Origin: Camelus dromedarius
Taxonomy: Eukaryota
NCBI RefSeq assembly: GCF_036321535.1
Contig: NC_087447.1
Coordinates: forward strand, 35,714,001 to 35,778,000
Length of the DNA stretch: 64,000 nucleotides
Direction of reading: 5' to 3'
The position numbers and the translations under genes are program-made. The notes under the pieces were generated by a model. The model saw only the letters and a list, made by a program, of their open reading frames with translations, did no database searches and was not told the DNA's origin. This document shows, in pieces, positions 63,631-64,000 of this stretch. Numbering within the stretch: the stretch's first letter is position 1; every line of letters begins with the position of its first letter.

Positions 63631-64000
63631 TAGAAAGTTTTACCTTAAACAATCAAGTGGTTTTCACCTTTTATTCTTTAAATTTTATTTCTCTTTTAAA
63701 CTCTCTGTTCAGGAGGCACACTGGCACAGTTCAGATACAGGTTGTTGTGAGGATTAAATGAATTATTACACATGAAGGACTTAGAACAGTGCCCAGCACA
63801 TGGTAGGTGCTACAAAAGGGTGAGCTATTATAATTAATAAATAAGTAACCTCTCCCAAAAATCTTTAGATGAAGTTGATACTTCAGTGAGATGTGCCAGG
63901 TTGTGGTTCGTGTCCCTTTAGTACATCCCATAGGACATCAAGACCCCGAGAGTGAGAGGCTCAGGCCTAAATGACTGCTGAGTCCTCCTCTCTGTGACAT

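Overview
Eutherian mammalian genomic DNA, not microbial. The right half (about 30.2-62 kb, minus strand) holds the 3' part of otogelin (OTOG), the inner-ear mucin/VWF-like glycoprotein. I traced 24 coding exons with GT-AG boundaries and consistent phases, about 1630 residues: AbfB-like domain, TIL/E, a 1.8-kb Thr/Ser/Pro mucin exon, VWD4-C8-TIL, Cys-rich repeats and a C-terminal cystine knot, with a candidate poly(A) signal at 30248. The left 30 kb has no protein-coding gene. It contains old L1, L2, MIR, MaLR and hAT relics plus several myogenic-type motif clusters; in human and mouse MYOD1 is the next gene on this side. The most notable observations are: (1) a Phe where VWF and mucins have the inter-subunit D3 cysteine; (2) an L1 3'-transduction-like insert with a 15-bp TSD carrying about 700 bp of unidentified sequence; (3) two about 165-190 bp local templated duplications, each landed inside an L2 relic; (4) a fold-back LTR hairpin in an intron; (5) a fossil hAT transposase; (6) a roughly 43-bp-periodic CCAAT array. 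I found no evidence of a wholly new gene system. Repeat family names and orthologue comparisons are from recall, not database searches.
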